From Candidatus Omnitrophota bacterium (GTDB lineage: Bacteria; Omnitrophota; Gorgyraeia; JAHJTE01): DNA of 64,000 nucleotides. A model generated the notes under the pieces. The model was not told the DNA's origin. It made no database searches and was given only the letters and a program-made list of their open reading frames with translations. Positions 36,541 through 47,871 of this stretch are shown here, one piece after another (positions within the stretch are counted from its first letter, which is position 1; each line of letters starts with the position of its first letter). The position numbers and the translations under genes were made by a program. The DNA lies in assembly GCA_018830005.1 (NCBI GenBank), contig JAHJTE010000002.1, positions 267,809 through 331,808 on the forward strand. The letters are read 5' to 3'.

Positions 36541-38001
36541 CTAACGTTTTTTACGCCTTCCTTTTGAATCCATATAATATCTATTAAATCTATGCAGCAA
36601 AAAGATCTCGAAAGGCAAAAAGAAAAATCTATTATGTAGCCTGAATCTAGACAAGTAATAGCATATTTTCTTACCGAGTGTTCTTAATAATGTTGTACTG
36701 GGAGCATGATTTAGGAGTTTTCCGTATTTATCTATGCGGTAAAATATACGCGCCGTTTCTTTATTGGCCCAAGGAAGCCATTCCAGTTTCATATCACCAT
36801 AAAATGTATTATAGCCTCCCCATTCACAAGAATGTTTAGGCGGCTTATGCCCTTGCTTTATTGCCAATTGATACATATCAGTCCCCGGATAAGGAAGAAA
36901 GGTCTGAAAAGTTATGATGTTAAAAGGGATTGACTTTGCTATTTCTAATCCTAAATCAATGGTTTGACAGATCTCTTGCCATGTCTCAGTCGGGAAGCCA
37001 ATTATTGAAGAAGCGCTTACTCCTATTTTTGGATAACGTGAAAACAATCTAAATTTGTCTATAATTTCCTCGCGTGTTATTCGCTTATCAATCAATTTCA
37101 ACATGCGGTTACTTCCCGACTCCCAGCCCACAAATACCATCCTCACCCCTAACTCATATATGGTATTTAAAATCTCTTCGTTTAAAATATCTAATCTCAT
37201 CTCAAGACGCACGCATTTTATCCCGTTTTCTTTCAAAAATCTTAATATCTTAATTGCGCGTGGCACATCCACCATAAAATTATCATCAAAAAAAACTATA
37301 CCATTTATGCCGCTTCTCTGCTTCAAATCCATTATCTCCCCTGCCACATGCTCAAATGAATGAGATCGCCATTTTCTTTTATTGAAGGCGCGATTATAGC
37401 AGAAGCCGCAGTTAAAAGGACATCCTCGAGAGCTCATATATCCCATATAGCGCGTATCAGTATAAACTGTATCAATGCATTGCCTTAAGTCAATCAAAGA
37501 CCAATCTATTCTAAAATCATCAAGATTCTTTATTAACGGCCGGGGCTGATTTATTACAATCTCGTCCTTACTTTTAAAGCCGATACCTTTAACATCGCCT
37601 AAATCTGACCCATTTTTTAAATGCTGTGCTAAATCTACAACTGTCTCCTCGCCTTCCCCCATAACTACTATATCAACAAAGGCATCCAGTAGACATTGGC
37701 CTGGTATAAGTGATGGATGTATACCACCCCACACAATAGTAAGCGAAGGATTCTCCTGTTTTAATCTTTCTGATGTCTTTACAGCTACTGCAGTGTGTAT
37801 ACCAGTAAAGACCGACAATCCAACAAACAAAGGATTTAACTCTATTATCTTATCGATATTTTCATCTATTTTTTCAGGCAGAATATTGTATATCTTGACA
37901 TCAAAACCAGCCCTTTTAAGAGCGCTACCAACGTAAAGAAGTCCTAAAGGATAAACAACCTGATCACTCTTAACATTTAATAAAACTATATTATTAGTCA
38001 T
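36541..38001 (-). CDS. B12-binding-domain radical SAM protein (class B rSAM)
   Basis: LFVGLSVFTG...IVWGGIHPS cobalamin-domain motifs; SSRGCPFNCGFCYN radical SAM cluster. Confidence 0.85.
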   Translation of the reverse strand: MTNNIVLLNVKSDQVVYPLGLLYVGSALKRAGFDVKIYNILPEKIDENIDKIIELNPLFVGLSVFTGIHTAVAVKTSERLKQENPSLTIVWGGIHPSLIPGQCLLDAFVDIVVMGEGEETVVDLAQHLKNGSDLGDVKGIGFKSKDEIVINQPRPLIKNLDDFRIDWSLIDLRQCIDTVYTDTRYMGYMSSRGCPFNCGFCYNRAFNKRKWRSHSFEHVAGEIMDLKQRSGINGIVFFDDNFMVDVPRAIKILRFLKENGIKCVRLEMRLDILNEEILNTIYELGVRMVFVGWESGSNRMLKLIDKRITREEIIDKFRLFSRYPKIGVSASSIIGFPTETWQEICQTIDLGLEIAKSIPFNIITFQTFLPYPGTDMYQLAIKQGHKPPKHSCEWGGYNTFYGDMKLEWLPWANKETARIFYRIDKYGKLLNHAPSTTLLRTLGKKICYYLSRFRLHNRFFFLPFEIFLLHRFNRYYMDSKGRRKKR

Positions 38002-39288
38002 CTAAACTGCCACTTCTGGATACGATCTACTATTTTTTAAAAGTTTATAATAAATCTTCTGGTATTCTTCTAGTCCCAAATCTAGAGCAAAATATTTTTC
38101 TGCTACTTTGCGACATCTAGCCTTTATGTCGCTATCCTTTATTAGCTGTCTTAATTGTTGCTGCACTCTTTCATATTCTCTGTTAGAAAAATCCTTAATA
38201 ATAATCCCTACTCGCCCTGGCTCTAAAATGCCATCGGAGTCTCCAATCCCTGTATTAATAATAACCGGCAATCCACAGGCAAGATACTCGCCAACTTTAG
38301 TAGGAGAACAGCCTTTTCTTGAATAACCCGACTTATAAAAGGCTAATCCGACCTGGCCTAAAGATAAATAATCGGGGACTGATTCATAGCTTAGACTTAA
38401 TACTGAAAATGAGCTATCTTTAAGCCCTTTATTCCTAGCAATCTTACTAAATAATTCCTTTTCTTTTGTCAAGACCAAAAGATATGCCTCTGATATATAT
38501 TTCTTTACAACGCTAAAGAAATCTATCATCTCATTAGGCATATACCAGGTGCTTATTGACCCACTATAGACCAGGATGAATCTCCCTTTTATCTTCTTAA
38601 TTATTTCTAAATCTGATGTCTGTTTCTGTCTGAATCTCCTAAGATCTACACAAGTAGGTATGTAACTTACATCTATCTCATTATTTTTCAAATAGCTAAA
38701 ACTCTTAATCTCATCTTTAGCCGCATGAGTAAGTGATACGATTACATCTGCATTTTTTAAGAAGGCTTTTTCAAAATACTTTGCTGCCTTATAAAGGAGG
38801 CCGCCTTTCTTCCAAATACCGGCCTCAACCCTTTCATCTGCCCAGAATCCCCTCATATCAAAAATAAATTTTACTCTGCATATCTTTTTTAAAATTATAG
38901 CTATAAAACTTGCTACGTAACTTCTTGCATGGATTATTTTAATTCTATATCTTTTGACAAACCAAAGTGAACTTAATATACCTTTGGAAATATCGAAAAA
39001 TGTTGCAAGCACTGGAGGACTTTTATGGTAACGCAATCCCTTCCACATCAGCCTAGCGGAATCTAATTCATTTTTGAGCCTAGCTACATTCGGCTTATCT
39101 AGTAAATTACTGTGCTTCTCAAAACTAAGCACTAAGAATTTAATGTCCTTCTTTACCAGGGCCTTTAAGTAAGGAATAATCTGTGATTTACCAAGTGGGT
39201 CCAAAAGTCCATCGTAGGAAATATACAAAGCCTCTTTACTCTTAATTTGCCCTGGCATTTTCATTATTAAATTTTCTGGCAAATACAC
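38002..39288 (-). CDS. Glycosyltransferase family 4 (GT-B)
   Basis: 428 aa with a GT-B two-domain layout and a C-terminal donor-binding region (...GLAFYKSGYSRKGCSPTKVGEYLACGLPVIINTGIGDS) resembling the GT4 E-x7-E segment. Confidence 0.65.
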   Translation of the reverse strand: MYLPENLIMKMPGQIKSKEALYISYDGLLDPLGKSQIIPYLKALVKKDIKFLVLSFEKHSNLLDKPNVARLKNELDSARLMWKGLRYHKSPPVLATFFDISKGILSSLWFVKRYRIKIIHARSYVASFIAIILKKICRVKFIFDMRGFWADERVEAGIWKKGGLLYKAAKYFEKAFLKNADVIVSLTHAAKDEIKSFSYLKNNEIDVSYIPTCVDLRRFRQKQTSDLEIIKKIKGRFILVYSGSISTWYMPNEMIDFFSVVKKYISEAYLLVLTKEKELFSKIARNKGLKDSSFSVLSLSYESVPDYLSLGQVGLAFYKSGYSRKGCSPTKVGEYLACGLPVIINTGIGDSDGILEPGRVGIIIKDFSNREYERVQQQLRQLIKDSDIKARCRKVAEKYFALDLGLEEYQKIYYKLLKNSRSYPEVAV

Positions 39289-40187
39289 TCAATAGACTCT
39301 CCTAACTTTGTCAAACTTAAAAACTTATTAATGGTCTTTTTTGAAAAAGACAAAAATTTATTATTCTCAATCGCTTTTCTGATTTTCTGATTCTGTCGAT
39401 AGATATTGTCCGTATTACCCCTAGATAATCCAAATAATTCAGGCAGCGTAATATGCTTAGCCTCAAATCCTAATAGTCTAAAATTACAATTACCAAGAGT
39501 GGATTTTAGTGTATTAGGTGTAAAATAAAGCAAATGTTCTTCGTTTATTAACCTCCATCTTTGATTTAATAAGCGCCTGGTAATTGAATTAAAATTAGGG
39601 GTTGTTATTACTAAAACGCCGCCTTTTCTTAATATAGCATTAATTTTGCGTAGGTATTCTTGAGGCTGTGTTAAATGCTCTAGGACCTCAAACATCACTA
39701 CCGCATCATAGTAGTCATTCTTAATATCCGTATCTAATAAATCAGAACAAATAACGTTTATTTTAAATTTTTTACAGATTTCAGCAGCATAGGGGGCCTT
39801 TTCAAGGCCCATAACCTGCCAATCCATATTTTTTGCCACAGATAAAAAATGGCCTTCGCCGCAGCCAATTTCCAAAATCTCATTATTTTTCCTATAGCCT
39901 TGAATTCTATTCAATAAGCCAATATAGCGTCTTTCTGTAAGAGGATTATAAAGTTGCAGCTTAGAAAGGTTAATTCTCTCTTTATAATAACTATACTTGT
40001 CTAAATTAAATTTATCTAATAAGTTATCTATATAGACTAAACCGCATTTTCTGCATCTGAGCAACTTCAGCTCTCTTTTTTTAAATAATGGTCTTGAGTC
40101 TATGCAATTGCAAATAGGACAAGTCATATTTGGGCTTACTAATAAATCCTTATTTTTAGTTATTTCTTTTCCCGTAGACTCCTTCAA
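39267..40187 (-). CDS. Class I SAM-dependent methyltransferase with N-terminal zinc ribbon
   Basis: CPICN...CRKCG ribbon; ILEIGCGEGHFL motif I; DAVVMFEVLEHL. Confidence 0.8.
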   Translation of the reverse strand: MKESTGKEITKNKDLLVSPNMTCPICNCIDSRPLFKKRELKLLRCRKCGLVYIDNLLDKFNLDKYSYYKERINLSKLQLYNPLTERRYIGLLNRIQGYRKNNEILEIGCGEGHFLSVAKNMDWQVMGLEKAPYAAEICKKFKINVICSDLLDTDIKNDYYDAVVMFEVLEHLTQPQEYLRKINAILRKGGVLVITTPNFNSITRRLLNQRWRLINEEHLLYFTPNTLKSTLGNCNFRLLGFEAKHITLPELFGLSRGNTDNIYRQNQKIRKAIENNKFLSFSKKTINKFLSLTKLGESIECICQKI

Positions 40188-41244
40188 GAATCTTTAAAAA
40201 TTTAGGGGCATTATTTTTCACTGAATACCTTTCTTCGACGACTCTTCTAGCCGCTAATCCCATATTAAGGCGAAGCTTGGAATCTTCAATTAGTAGAGAA
40301 ATTCTTTCTATCCATTCATGTTCATCGTTACAAAGAAATCCATTAACGCCATCTTCAATAATCTCAGAATTGACGCCAACGGGAGAACAGACTGGCGGAA
40401 TTCCTAGAGCCATATATTGTAAGGCCTTCAGGCCGCATTTACCTCTACCCCATTCATCATCAGGCAAAGGCATGAGACCAATATCTATCTGGCTTAAATC
40501 CTCTATTTCAGAATCTAGTCTCCAATCTTGAGCCTGAATGTTTATGCCCTCAATCTTGAAATCCTTTGAACCAATTACCTTTATAATAATTCCAAATTTT
40601 GCATACAGTTTTTTTAAAACTTCTTTCATTAAGCTTAAATGTACAATCGTAGTAAGGCTCCCGCTCCAACCCACACAAATTTTTTCCTTTTTTTGCTTTT
40701 TTATGAGCTTATATGCCTCAGTATCAATTACGGTGGGCAATATTGCTACCTCTCTATTGAATTGTAAAGAGTAACTTTGCAAATTTCTATTCCCGACCAA
40801 AACTAAACTACTTAATTTGATTATAGTTCTAGTCTTTCGAGGAAATTTCAAAAATTTAATAAGTCTGTTGACATTGCTGCTTGAAGGTAAATATATTGCA
40901 TCATCGAAATCATAAATAATTCGTCTTCTAAAATAATAAAGAATTTTTTCAAAGATGGGAGGCCCTAAAGGCGTTACCTCGCGATAAATAAATATTAGAT
41001 CATAGCCTAGCGATTGAATTATATTAAAAATTCTAAAAAAGAACCCGCTAAGTGAATATAAACATTTCTTTAAAAAATTTCCCTCTTTATAGAGAATCTT
41101 ATGGAAATTCAAAGAAACAAAATTACAGATTCTATAATCTATTCCCTTTTGAGAAAGATAGGCCAAATATTGCTCGAATCTAAATCGTTGACCAGGAATA
41201 GTACCAATTGGATTCGGAACCAAAAAAAGAATTTTAAACTTCAT
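40156..41244 (-). CDS. Glycosyltransferase family 4 (GT-B)
   Basis: GWSGSLTTIVHLS...KALQYMALGIPPVCSPVG...EDGVNGFLC (E-x7-E-like). Confidence 0.8.
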   Translation of the reverse strand: MKFKILFLVPNPIGTIPGQRFRFEQYLAYLSQKGIDYRICNFVSLNFHKILYKEGNFLKKCLYSLSGFFFRIFNIIQSLGYDLIFIYREVTPLGPPIFEKILYYFRRRIIYDFDDAIYLPSSSNVNRLIKFLKFPRKTRTIIKLSSLVLVGNRNLQSYSLQFNREVAILPTVIDTEAYKLIKKQKKEKICVGWSGSLTTIVHLSLMKEVLKKLYAKFGIIIKVIGSKDFKIEGINIQAQDWRLDSEIEDLSQIDIGLMPLPDDEWGRGKCGLKALQYMALGIPPVCSPVGVNSEIIEDGVNGFLCNDEHEWIERISLLIEDSKLRLNMGLAARRVVEERYSVKNNAPKFLKILEGVYGKRNN

Positions 41245-41307
41245 TTTTTTCTATCGACTTCTCTTTAATTTTAAAAGCAGAGACGACTGCCACGACAATA
41301 AATTAAA

Positions 41308-42660
41308 TCACTCGTGTTCGGAATTTTGTCTTGGGCAAAATGTATTACAAATTCCTATTATTGCGAATAAAATAACTATTGGCGTCAATATATCTCTGAA
41401 CCTAAAATCCGTCCCTATATTGCCTCCGGCCATCACTAGTAGGCTCCCAGTAATTAAAAAATAGGCTATTAAAACCAGGCTCTTCTCCCGATTGTATCTC
41501 AATTGTAAAATCATCCCGATAACAGAAAAAGGTAAGAGAAAATACCAAATCATCATCTGAGGCAAAGCAAAGATACTTAAGCGTAACGATACCCTCCAAG
41601 GAAAGGGCTCTAGGAAAAAATGAAATCCGTTTTTTAAAAACGCCTTAGCAATATTGAAATTGCTAATCGAAGTATAATTTGAAAATTTCCGATCATACAC
41701 ATAATCATCAAAGACTCGATAGGTAACCCCTCTAGTGCTAATAACGCCCCTATTATGGGAAACAAAATGAATCTTAAATTTATCTTGGATATTAAACATA
41801 GGGGAGATCAACATTATAATTAATATAGCAAAAAAGATATATTTGTATCTTTTTTTAATAAACAGATAGGAAAACATAGCAGCTAAAAATGTTGGAATCA
41901 GGAAAATTTTGCGGATAGAAAACTGCAAAAAAATAGAAAATAAAAATAAGATTAAATATCTAATCTTTTTAAATTGTATTAGCCTTAAAAATGACCAAAG
42001 AATTACAGCTGTAAGAAATATAAACATTGAGTCTTTTAAATTAGATACAGACCAAATAATCAGACTAGGAAAAAAAGTTATTAATAAGCAGACAATCTTT
42101 GCTTCTTTTATGCCAGAAACTTCTTTAGTTAGAAAATAGAAAATAATCCCGGTTGATACACTAAAGATACAATTAGTTAAAGTAAAACTTACCGGGCTAA
42201 ATCCAAATAAATAGTAGAATAATGCAATTATATGAAGGTGACCACTAAATCCATACTCATTGAATGCTGCATGAGCTATTAAGCGAGAAAGAGGCTGGCC
42301 AGAATAAAATTGAGTTAACCACCAGCCACGAACAGTATAAAATGCGCTGTCCCCAATGAAAGCAATTGCCTTCATATTTCCGGAAAAATAAATCCATTTT
42401 CCAATAAATGAATAAAGAAAAGTTATTGATAATAATAGAAAAACTCGTATAAGGATCCCTAAAACAAAAATATTTATCAAAAAAGGTCTCTCTTCTTTTG
42501 AGGCAAACAAATATAATGCTAATATTATTAATAAAACTACTAATAAACAAAACAGAGAACCCGGAGAAAAGGTCAGCAATAAACCTAGGATTAGGCCTCC
42601 GGTTATCATCAATAATATATAATTTCTATTCAATGCCATTGATTGATTCATAATTGACAA
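41308..42660 (-). CDS. Polytopic membrane protein (candidate Wzy-like repeat-unit polymerase or GT-C protein; unassigned)
   Basis: 450 aa with 12 or more TM helices and no soluble domain. Sits between GT4 and GT-C genes in a locus that encodes two Wzx flippases but only one obvious Wzy/ligase. Confidence 0.35.
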   Translation of the reverse strand: MSIMNQSMALNRNYILLMITGGLILGLLLTFSPGSLFCLLVVLLIILALYLFASKEERPFLINIFVLGILIRVFLLLSITFLYSFIGKWIYFSGNMKAIAFIGDSAFYTVRGWWLTQFYSGQPLSRLIAHAAFNEYGFSGHLHIIALFYYLFGFSPVSFTLTNCIFSVSTGIIFYFLTKEVSGIKEAKIVCLLITFFPSLIIWSVSNLKDSMFIFLTAVILWSFLRLIQFKKIRYLILFLFSIFLQFSIRKIFLIPTFLAAMFSYLFIKKRYKYIFFAILIIMLISPMFNIQDKFKIHFVSHNRGVISTRGVTYRVFDDYVYDRKFSNYTSISNFNIAKAFLKNGFHFFLEPFPWRVSLRLSIFALPQMMIWYFLLPFSVIGMILQLRYNREKSLVLIAYFLITGSLLVMAGGNIGTDFRFRDILTPIVILFAIIGICNTFCPRQNSEHE

Positions 42661-42686
42661 AATTTAAATCTTTCTTCTTGCAAATC

Positions 42687-44357
42687 CTAATCTAATGGGT
42701 TAACTTTATATAAATAAAAGTTGTTGTCTTCGTAGACTCTAGTATTGTTAGGACTATATTCTCTTACCAAGGTTACGATTTTTAAATCCTTCAACTTTTT
42801 GCTGCCCACAGAGACCTCACCATTTGCCATAATGTATTTAATATTATGTTTGCGCAAAAAAAGGACTGCCTCCTCCTCACTGCTAATCTTCTTGTCCCAT
42901 CTAATAAGGTTATATTGGGGTTTTTTCATAAGGCTTTGTATTCGAAGCTCTCTAAAAATACTGTCATAATTCTCATCACTGTCCATAGGCCTAAAGGAGA
43001 TATCAATATCCTTATCCTTGCTTACTACGCCTGGAAAGGTCTGGATCAAATGATTATAACTTGCTCTAGTCATGTTTAGCTGAGGCAGATTGTTATCAGA
43101 GGCAATGCAGATATTGCTAAACTCGGAGATGTTTTTTTCAATAAAAGCTCTTGCTTCCTGCAAATACGTAGGCCTCGCAGAAAGATCTCTCAAATGAACA
43201 TAGTAATTAAAGAACGAAATAACAAAAAACATGATTAAAATTAATACAAATTGCCTCCTTTTATTAAGTAGAAAATCTACACCTGAGGCAAAAATCAATG
43301 CTGCCATCGCGATTAATGGATTTAGGTAATATGTCGGAGAGCAAGATTTATGAAGTAGACTAAAATAGATTTCAAATAGCAAAAAAATTGCCAGAAAAGA
43401 AAAAGCCATTCTTTTATCCTTCCTGACTAAATTCCAAAACCCGAGAATTAATACAATAAAGCCAAAAAGATTCAGATATAAAGTAGAAATTAAATCCTTT
43501 ATGCGTGTAATGATAAATAAACTTGGAGAATATCCCTTATAGACATAATTAATCCACACAGTATCAAATATATACAAATTATAAAAATATGTAGTAAATT
43601 TTATAATGAAAAATGGATTACAAATGAAAAAACCCAAGAATGTAAAAAGACCTATTTTAAAGGTCTTAGTTATTAAGCCTCTAATATCAGGCCTTTGTTT
43701 ACGCCATTGCTCAATTAGCAAAGGTACAAAAACGAATCCTAAAAATAAAGCATTGTATTTAGTGGCTGTGGATACCCCCAAGAACAAGGCCGAAAGATAA
43801 AGGAATTTCTCATTCCTATCATCCAGATAGTACCTTAATAAAAGATATAAAAAGATACTTGAGTTTAAGAAAAGGAGCGTCTCCGGTCTTGTTGTGGAAA
43901 AATCAGCAATGAATCTTGGTATTAATAAAAAGGCAAATGTTGTTATATGGGAGATATTCTTTTCGTAGAATAACCTGCAGATTTTAAAAATAAACAAAGC
44001 GCTAAGCCAATAAAAAATATAACTCATCGCCCTTCCTATAAGGAAAAAATAATGAGTATTATTAAAATAAAAACGAATAAAATCTATCCTATCCGAAAAA
44101 AGGCCTAGTAATTTACCGATAACAAAAAATATTCCTATTGGAATAAAGGTTAGATAATGATATAAAGGCGGGTGCACAATTTGAGTAGGTGCAAAATTTA
44201 AAGTACCGAATTTCATAATATAGGTGAGCGTCATCCTTTCGTCTGCCCATTCTCCAAAAAATCTCTCTATATCCGGAAATCCATGAAGCAATGCTCTTGT
44301 GCCCACTAAAAACAATGCTATGTATATGCAACTAATTATCAAATTAGTTTTCTTCAT
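42687..44357 (-). CDS. GT-C fold membrane glycosyltransferase (ArnT/PMT-like) with C-terminal soluble domain
   Basis: N-terminal 11-13 TM helices, an acidic first loop (GEWADERMT) and an ...STATKYNALFLG... segment typical of GT39/GT83 enzymes; ~190-aa hydrophilic C-terminus. Confidence 0.6.
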   Translation of the reverse strand: MKKTNLIISCIYIALFLVGTRALLHGFPDIERFFGEWADERMTLTYIMKFGTLNFAPTQIVHPPLYHYLTFIPIGIFFVIGKLLGLFSDRIDFIRFYFNNTHYFFLIGRAMSYIFYWLSALFIFKICRLFYEKNISHITTFAFLLIPRFIADFSTTRPETLLFLNSSIFLYLLLRYYLDDRNEKFLYLSALFLGVSTATKYNALFLGFVFVPLLIEQWRKQRPDIRGLITKTFKIGLFTFLGFFICNPFFIIKFTTYFYNLYIFDTVWINYVYKGYSPSLFIITRIKDLISTLYLNLFGFIVLILGFWNLVRKDKRMAFSFLAIFLLFEIYFSLLHKSCSPTYYLNPLIAMAALIFASGVDFLLNKRRQFVLILIMFFVISFFNYYVHLRDLSARPTYLQEARAFIEKNISEFSNICIASDNNLPQLNMTRASYNHLIQTFPGVVSKDKDIDISFRPMDSDENYDSIFRELRIQSLMKKPQYNLIRWDKKISSEEEAVLFLRKHNIKYIMANGEVSVGSKKLKDLKIVTLVREYSPNNTRVYEDNNFYLYKVNPLD

Positions 44358-44363
44358 TTATAA

Positions 44364-45677
44364 TTACCAGATTTTAAGCCCTTCCAAAATCGACTTCAGG
44401 AACAGCTTTACTTGATATGAGTTAAAATAAATGAGCAAATTCACTAGAAAAAAACTCAGCATTAACAAATATGGAAATATTTTTTTAGAAAAACGGCGCA
44501 AGAATTTATCAATTCCGATTGATGCAATTATTATAATAAAAGGCTCTATTGGCAGACGAAATCTAGGTATACCAAAAGTTATTAGAACAAAAAATTGAAT
44601 ATAAATAATGGGTAAATAAATAAGTGCTAGCTCCTCGAATCTCTTAAAACTAGCAAATATACCCAGAATAAAGAAAGGCAAGATAAAGCCATAGGCGAAA
44701 TTATATACCCCACCAGCAAGGATGGACCAATCAAAAGGAGCCCAAAAAAATAGTATTTTTAATATTTCTAATTTAAATAGTTGACTTGGATTATCTTTAA
44801 TATGTTTTAAAGCCTGCTTAGCCAAAAAATTACTCCGCTCGACCTCCGTACTAAGAGATTCTGCTTTTTTGGTAATTTCATCATCAGCATTAAAGCCAAA
44901 AGTCTTACCATCGCGAGGAACAAACGAACTATATAAACCTAATCCAGTTCTGCTGACAACAGGTACGAATTTATGATGAACCCTCCAGTTTCTTACAGTC
45001 CAAGGTGCTATAGTGAGAAAAAATGAAAAAATAAAAATAAGGACGCTTAATGAATATTTTTTGAAATCATCCTCTCTTAAAGCTATCCTCTTGCCTAAAA
45101 ACAATAAAACAAATAATGGAAATAACAATGTAACTGAACGCGTAAGGGTCGTTAATCCTAATAAAACGCCAGCACAAATTAAATTCTTATGATCCCTTTT
45201 CTGGCTTATCTGCCTTAATAAAAACAATGCGCTCAAGGCAAACAGAAAAGTAAAAAGATTTTCTGTTAACAGATGTTCAGTTAATTTAATAAATGTGGGG
45301 TTAAAACAGCCAATCAATGCACTTACAATTGCTATTCTTAACCCAAGACTTCTATGGGCGATTAAAAAAATAATAATACAGGTAAACGCCCCTAGGACTG
45401 CATGAATAAGTCTTACAGCCAAATAACTATGCCCAAAAAAATAATAAATACAAGATAAAAAATAAGGATATAGAGGCTCTCGCCAAGAAGTCAATTCACC
45501 CTCTGGATTAACAAATCCCTTGCCGGCAAGTAAATTCAGCGCGTAGGTATCATAACCAGAGGCATCATTAACTGGAATCTGCCTAGAGTAAAACGCTATT
45601 ATAAGCCTCGGCAATAAGGCAATGAGAAAAATGCCTATGAGTATTAGAATTATTTTGGTTTTGCCTTTTTGATTCAT
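44364..45677 (-). CDS. GT-C fold membrane glycosyltransferase (ArnT/PMT-like)
   Basis: 437 aa with an ArnT-like TM layout, first-loop NDASGYD, and LTTLTRSVTLLFPLFV. Confidence 0.6.
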   Translation of the reverse strand: MNQKGKTKIILILIGIFLIALLPRLIIAFYSRQIPVNDASGYDTYALNLLAGKGFVNPEGELTSWREPLYPYFLSCIYYFFGHSYLAVRLIHAVLGAFTCIIIFLIAHRSLGLRIAIVSALIGCFNPTFIKLTEHLLTENLFTFLFALSALFLLRQISQKRDHKNLICAGVLLGLTTLTRSVTLLFPLFVLLFLGKRIALREDDFKKYSLSVLIFIFSFFLTIAPWTVRNWRVHHKFVPVVSRTGLGLYSSFVPRDGKTFGFNADDEITKKAESLSTEVERSNFLAKQALKHIKDNPSQLFKLEILKILFFWAPFDWSILAGGVYNFAYGFILPFFILGIFASFKRFEELALIYLPIIYIQFFVLITFGIPRFRLPIEPFIIIIASIGIDKFLRRFSKKIFPYLLMLSFFLVNLLIYFNSYQVKLFLKSILEGLKIW

Positions 45678-45714
45678 ATACCTATTTAAGTTTCCTTATA
45701 AGCGTTTTGTAGAA

Positions 45715-47118
45715 TTAACGGCTTTTGAGAATATCCAACATAGTTAATCCTGCATTCCAAAAATTCTTCATCCGCTCTAAAGAATTGATCTTCCTTAATG
45801 TCTTCCATAAGGTGTACGGCCGTAAATAAAAGCTTCTTATTGCCCTATTGTATAATGAATATAGCGTCTCGCTTGAAAGCATATCCGACTCCACAATTGG
45901 TTTTTTATATCTGGCAAAATCATCCCAATCTCTAGCAGTACAGCGCAAACCATTTCCTCCTTTTGTCAAATTCCATGCCGCAGAACCAGGCAAAGGAACA
46001 AACATCGAAAATTGGGCATAATCTACTTTTAGTCTCTTTGAAAAATCTATTGTCCTCTCTATTGACTCAGGTGTTTCAAAAGGTAAACCTAAGATAAAAA
46101 AAGCATTAATTTCTAATTTCATTTTATTTGCCAAATTGACGGTCTGTATTACCTGCTGGAGCTCTATTTTTTTATTACTCTTTTCCAAAACAAGATCATC
46201 AGCAGACTCAATCCCAATCTCTATCATTTGACAACCTGCTTCTTTCATTATTTTTAACAGCTCAGGGCTTGCATTATCAACGCGCATCATACATGACCAA
46301 CGGATATTTAGATTTTTATTAATGATCTCTTCACAAATTTCAATAGTCCGCTTCTTATCAAAAGTAAAGGATTCGTCACAAAATACAAATCTGTTTATTT
46401 TATAGCGCGCAATTAAACATTCTAATTCTTCTACAAACTTTGATGAATTCCTAAGCCGACACCGCCTCTGATTTATAACATTCGAGGCACAAAAAGAACA
46501 ATTATAAGGACAGCCGCGTCCGCTTAATACAGGAAGTGCATTACCTAATGAAAGATATCCGTATTTATATACCAAAAGATGTTCAAAAAGAGGAAATGGC
46601 AAGGAATCCAAATCCTCCATTAATGGTCTAGGTTCATTTATCTTAATCTCATCGCTCTCATTCCTATAGCATATGCCCTTTATGCCTGTTAAATCATCAA
46701 ATTCACATAAATCCAGCATCGTGAATTCACCTTCGCCAATCACAGCTATATCTATAGCCTTATAATTATTAACAGTTTCTGCTGGCAATGCTGAAGGATG
46801 AAATCCACCCACTACTATCAAGGTCTGCGGGCTGATCTTCTTTATCTCCTCTGCCATCCTGGCCACAACTGACATGTTTGCAGTCACAACAGTAAAGCCA
46901 ACTATCCTGGGGGCCTCCTCTTTGATCTTTTTAAATAAACCCTCAAGCCCACCTTCGATAAAAGTAGCATCTATGAGCTCAACGTCCTTATCATGAGACT
47001 TCAAGAAACTCCCGATGTAAGCAAGCCCCAGAGATGGTAAGGAAAATCCCATCCGCTTTACATTGATCTTGCCATAAATATCTGAATAAGGTGGATTTAT
47101 TAATAATACGTCTGCCAA
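45715..47118 (-). CDS. B12-binding-domain radical SAM protein (class B rSAM)
   Basis: RIVGFTVVTAN...IVVGGFHPS cobalamin-domain motifs; SGRGCPYNCSFCASN radical SAM cluster. Confidence 0.85.
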   Translation of the reverse strand: MADVLLINPPYSDIYGKINVKRMGFSLPSLGLAYIGSFLKSHDKDVELIDATFIEGGLEGLFKKIKEEAPRIVGFTVVTANMSVVARMAEEIKKISPQTLIVVGGFHPSALPAETVNNYKAIDIAVIGEGEFTMLDLCEFDDLTGIKGICYRNESDEIKINEPRPLMEDLDSLPFPLFEHLLVYKYGYLSLGNALPVLSGRGCPYNCSFCASNVINQRRCRLRNSSKFVEELECLIARYKINRFVFCDESFTFDKKRTIEICEEIINKNLNIRWSCMMRVDNASPELLKIMKEAGCQMIEIGIESADDLVLEKSNKKIELQQVIQTVNLANKMKLEINAFFILGLPFETPESIERTIDFSKRLKVDYAQFSMFVPLPGSAAWNLTKGGNGLRCTARDWDDFARYKKPIVESDMLSSETLYSLYNRAIRSFYLRPYTLWKTLRKINSLERMKNFWNAGLTMLDILKSR

Positions 47119-47142
47119 CTTAACCTCAGCAATTTAATTCTC

Positions 47143-47871
47143 TCATTTCTTTATGCCAAATTTTAATAAAATAAGTGGTCTTAATATACTCCACCAACCA
47201 AGAATGGGAATCATCTTGGTATAACCGATATTATTATCGTGATAAGTCTTGGTTACGGGTGCTTCGGTTACTTTACAATTGGACTCGATTGCTTTATAGA
47301 AAAGATAGGGCTCTAACTCATAATGGTCGAGCCAATCCTGCCAGATATTTATTTGTTTATCATCAAATATAGTTAATCTAAATGCACGAAAACCATTAGT
47401 GCCATCAGAAATCGGGAATCCTGCAATAATTTGGAATAAAAGTGCATATATATGCGTTGTGATCCTACGGAACAAGGGGATGTTGACTCTTTTGCCGCCC
47501 GCCATATAACGCGAACCCTGAACGAAATCAAAATGGTCATAGACTATAGGAGAAAGTAAACGATTAATCTGGCCAGGATCATCCTGATTGTCTCCGCCTA
47601 GCACTATAGCAATATCATACTTATGATTTAATGCATAGTCGATGCCGGTTCTAATAGCACTGCCTACACCTTTTTTAAAATCATGGGATATAACAACTGC
47701 TCCATTATCTTTAGCCTCTTTACTGGTATTATCCTTAGAGCCATCATCAATTACTAATATCTCGTCAATCCTTACCGGGCTTTCTTTTCTTATCCGAGAG
47801 ACAACTAAGCCAATTTTATTTTCTTCGTTTAAAGCCGGTATTATAGCTATAAGCTTTTTATCAATATTCAT
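47143..47871 (-). CDS. GT2 polyprenol-phosphate glycosyltransferase (DPM1/GtrB-like)
   Basis: [14 protein letters not shown]...[12 protein letters not shown]...LGGDNQDDP motifs; 242-aa soluble GT-A. Confidence 0.8.
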   Translation of the reverse strand: MNIDKKLIAIIPALNEENKIGLVVSRIRKESPVRIDEILVIDDGSKDNTSKEAKDNGAVVISHDFKKGVGSAIRTGIDYALNHKYDIAIVLGGDNQDDPGQINRLLSPIVYDHFDFVQGSRYMAGGKRVNIPLFRRITTHIYALLFQIIAGFPISDGTNGFRAFRLTIFDDKQINIWQDWLDHYELEPYLFYKAIESNCKVTEAPVTKTYHDNNIGYTKMIPILGWWSILRPLILLKFGIKK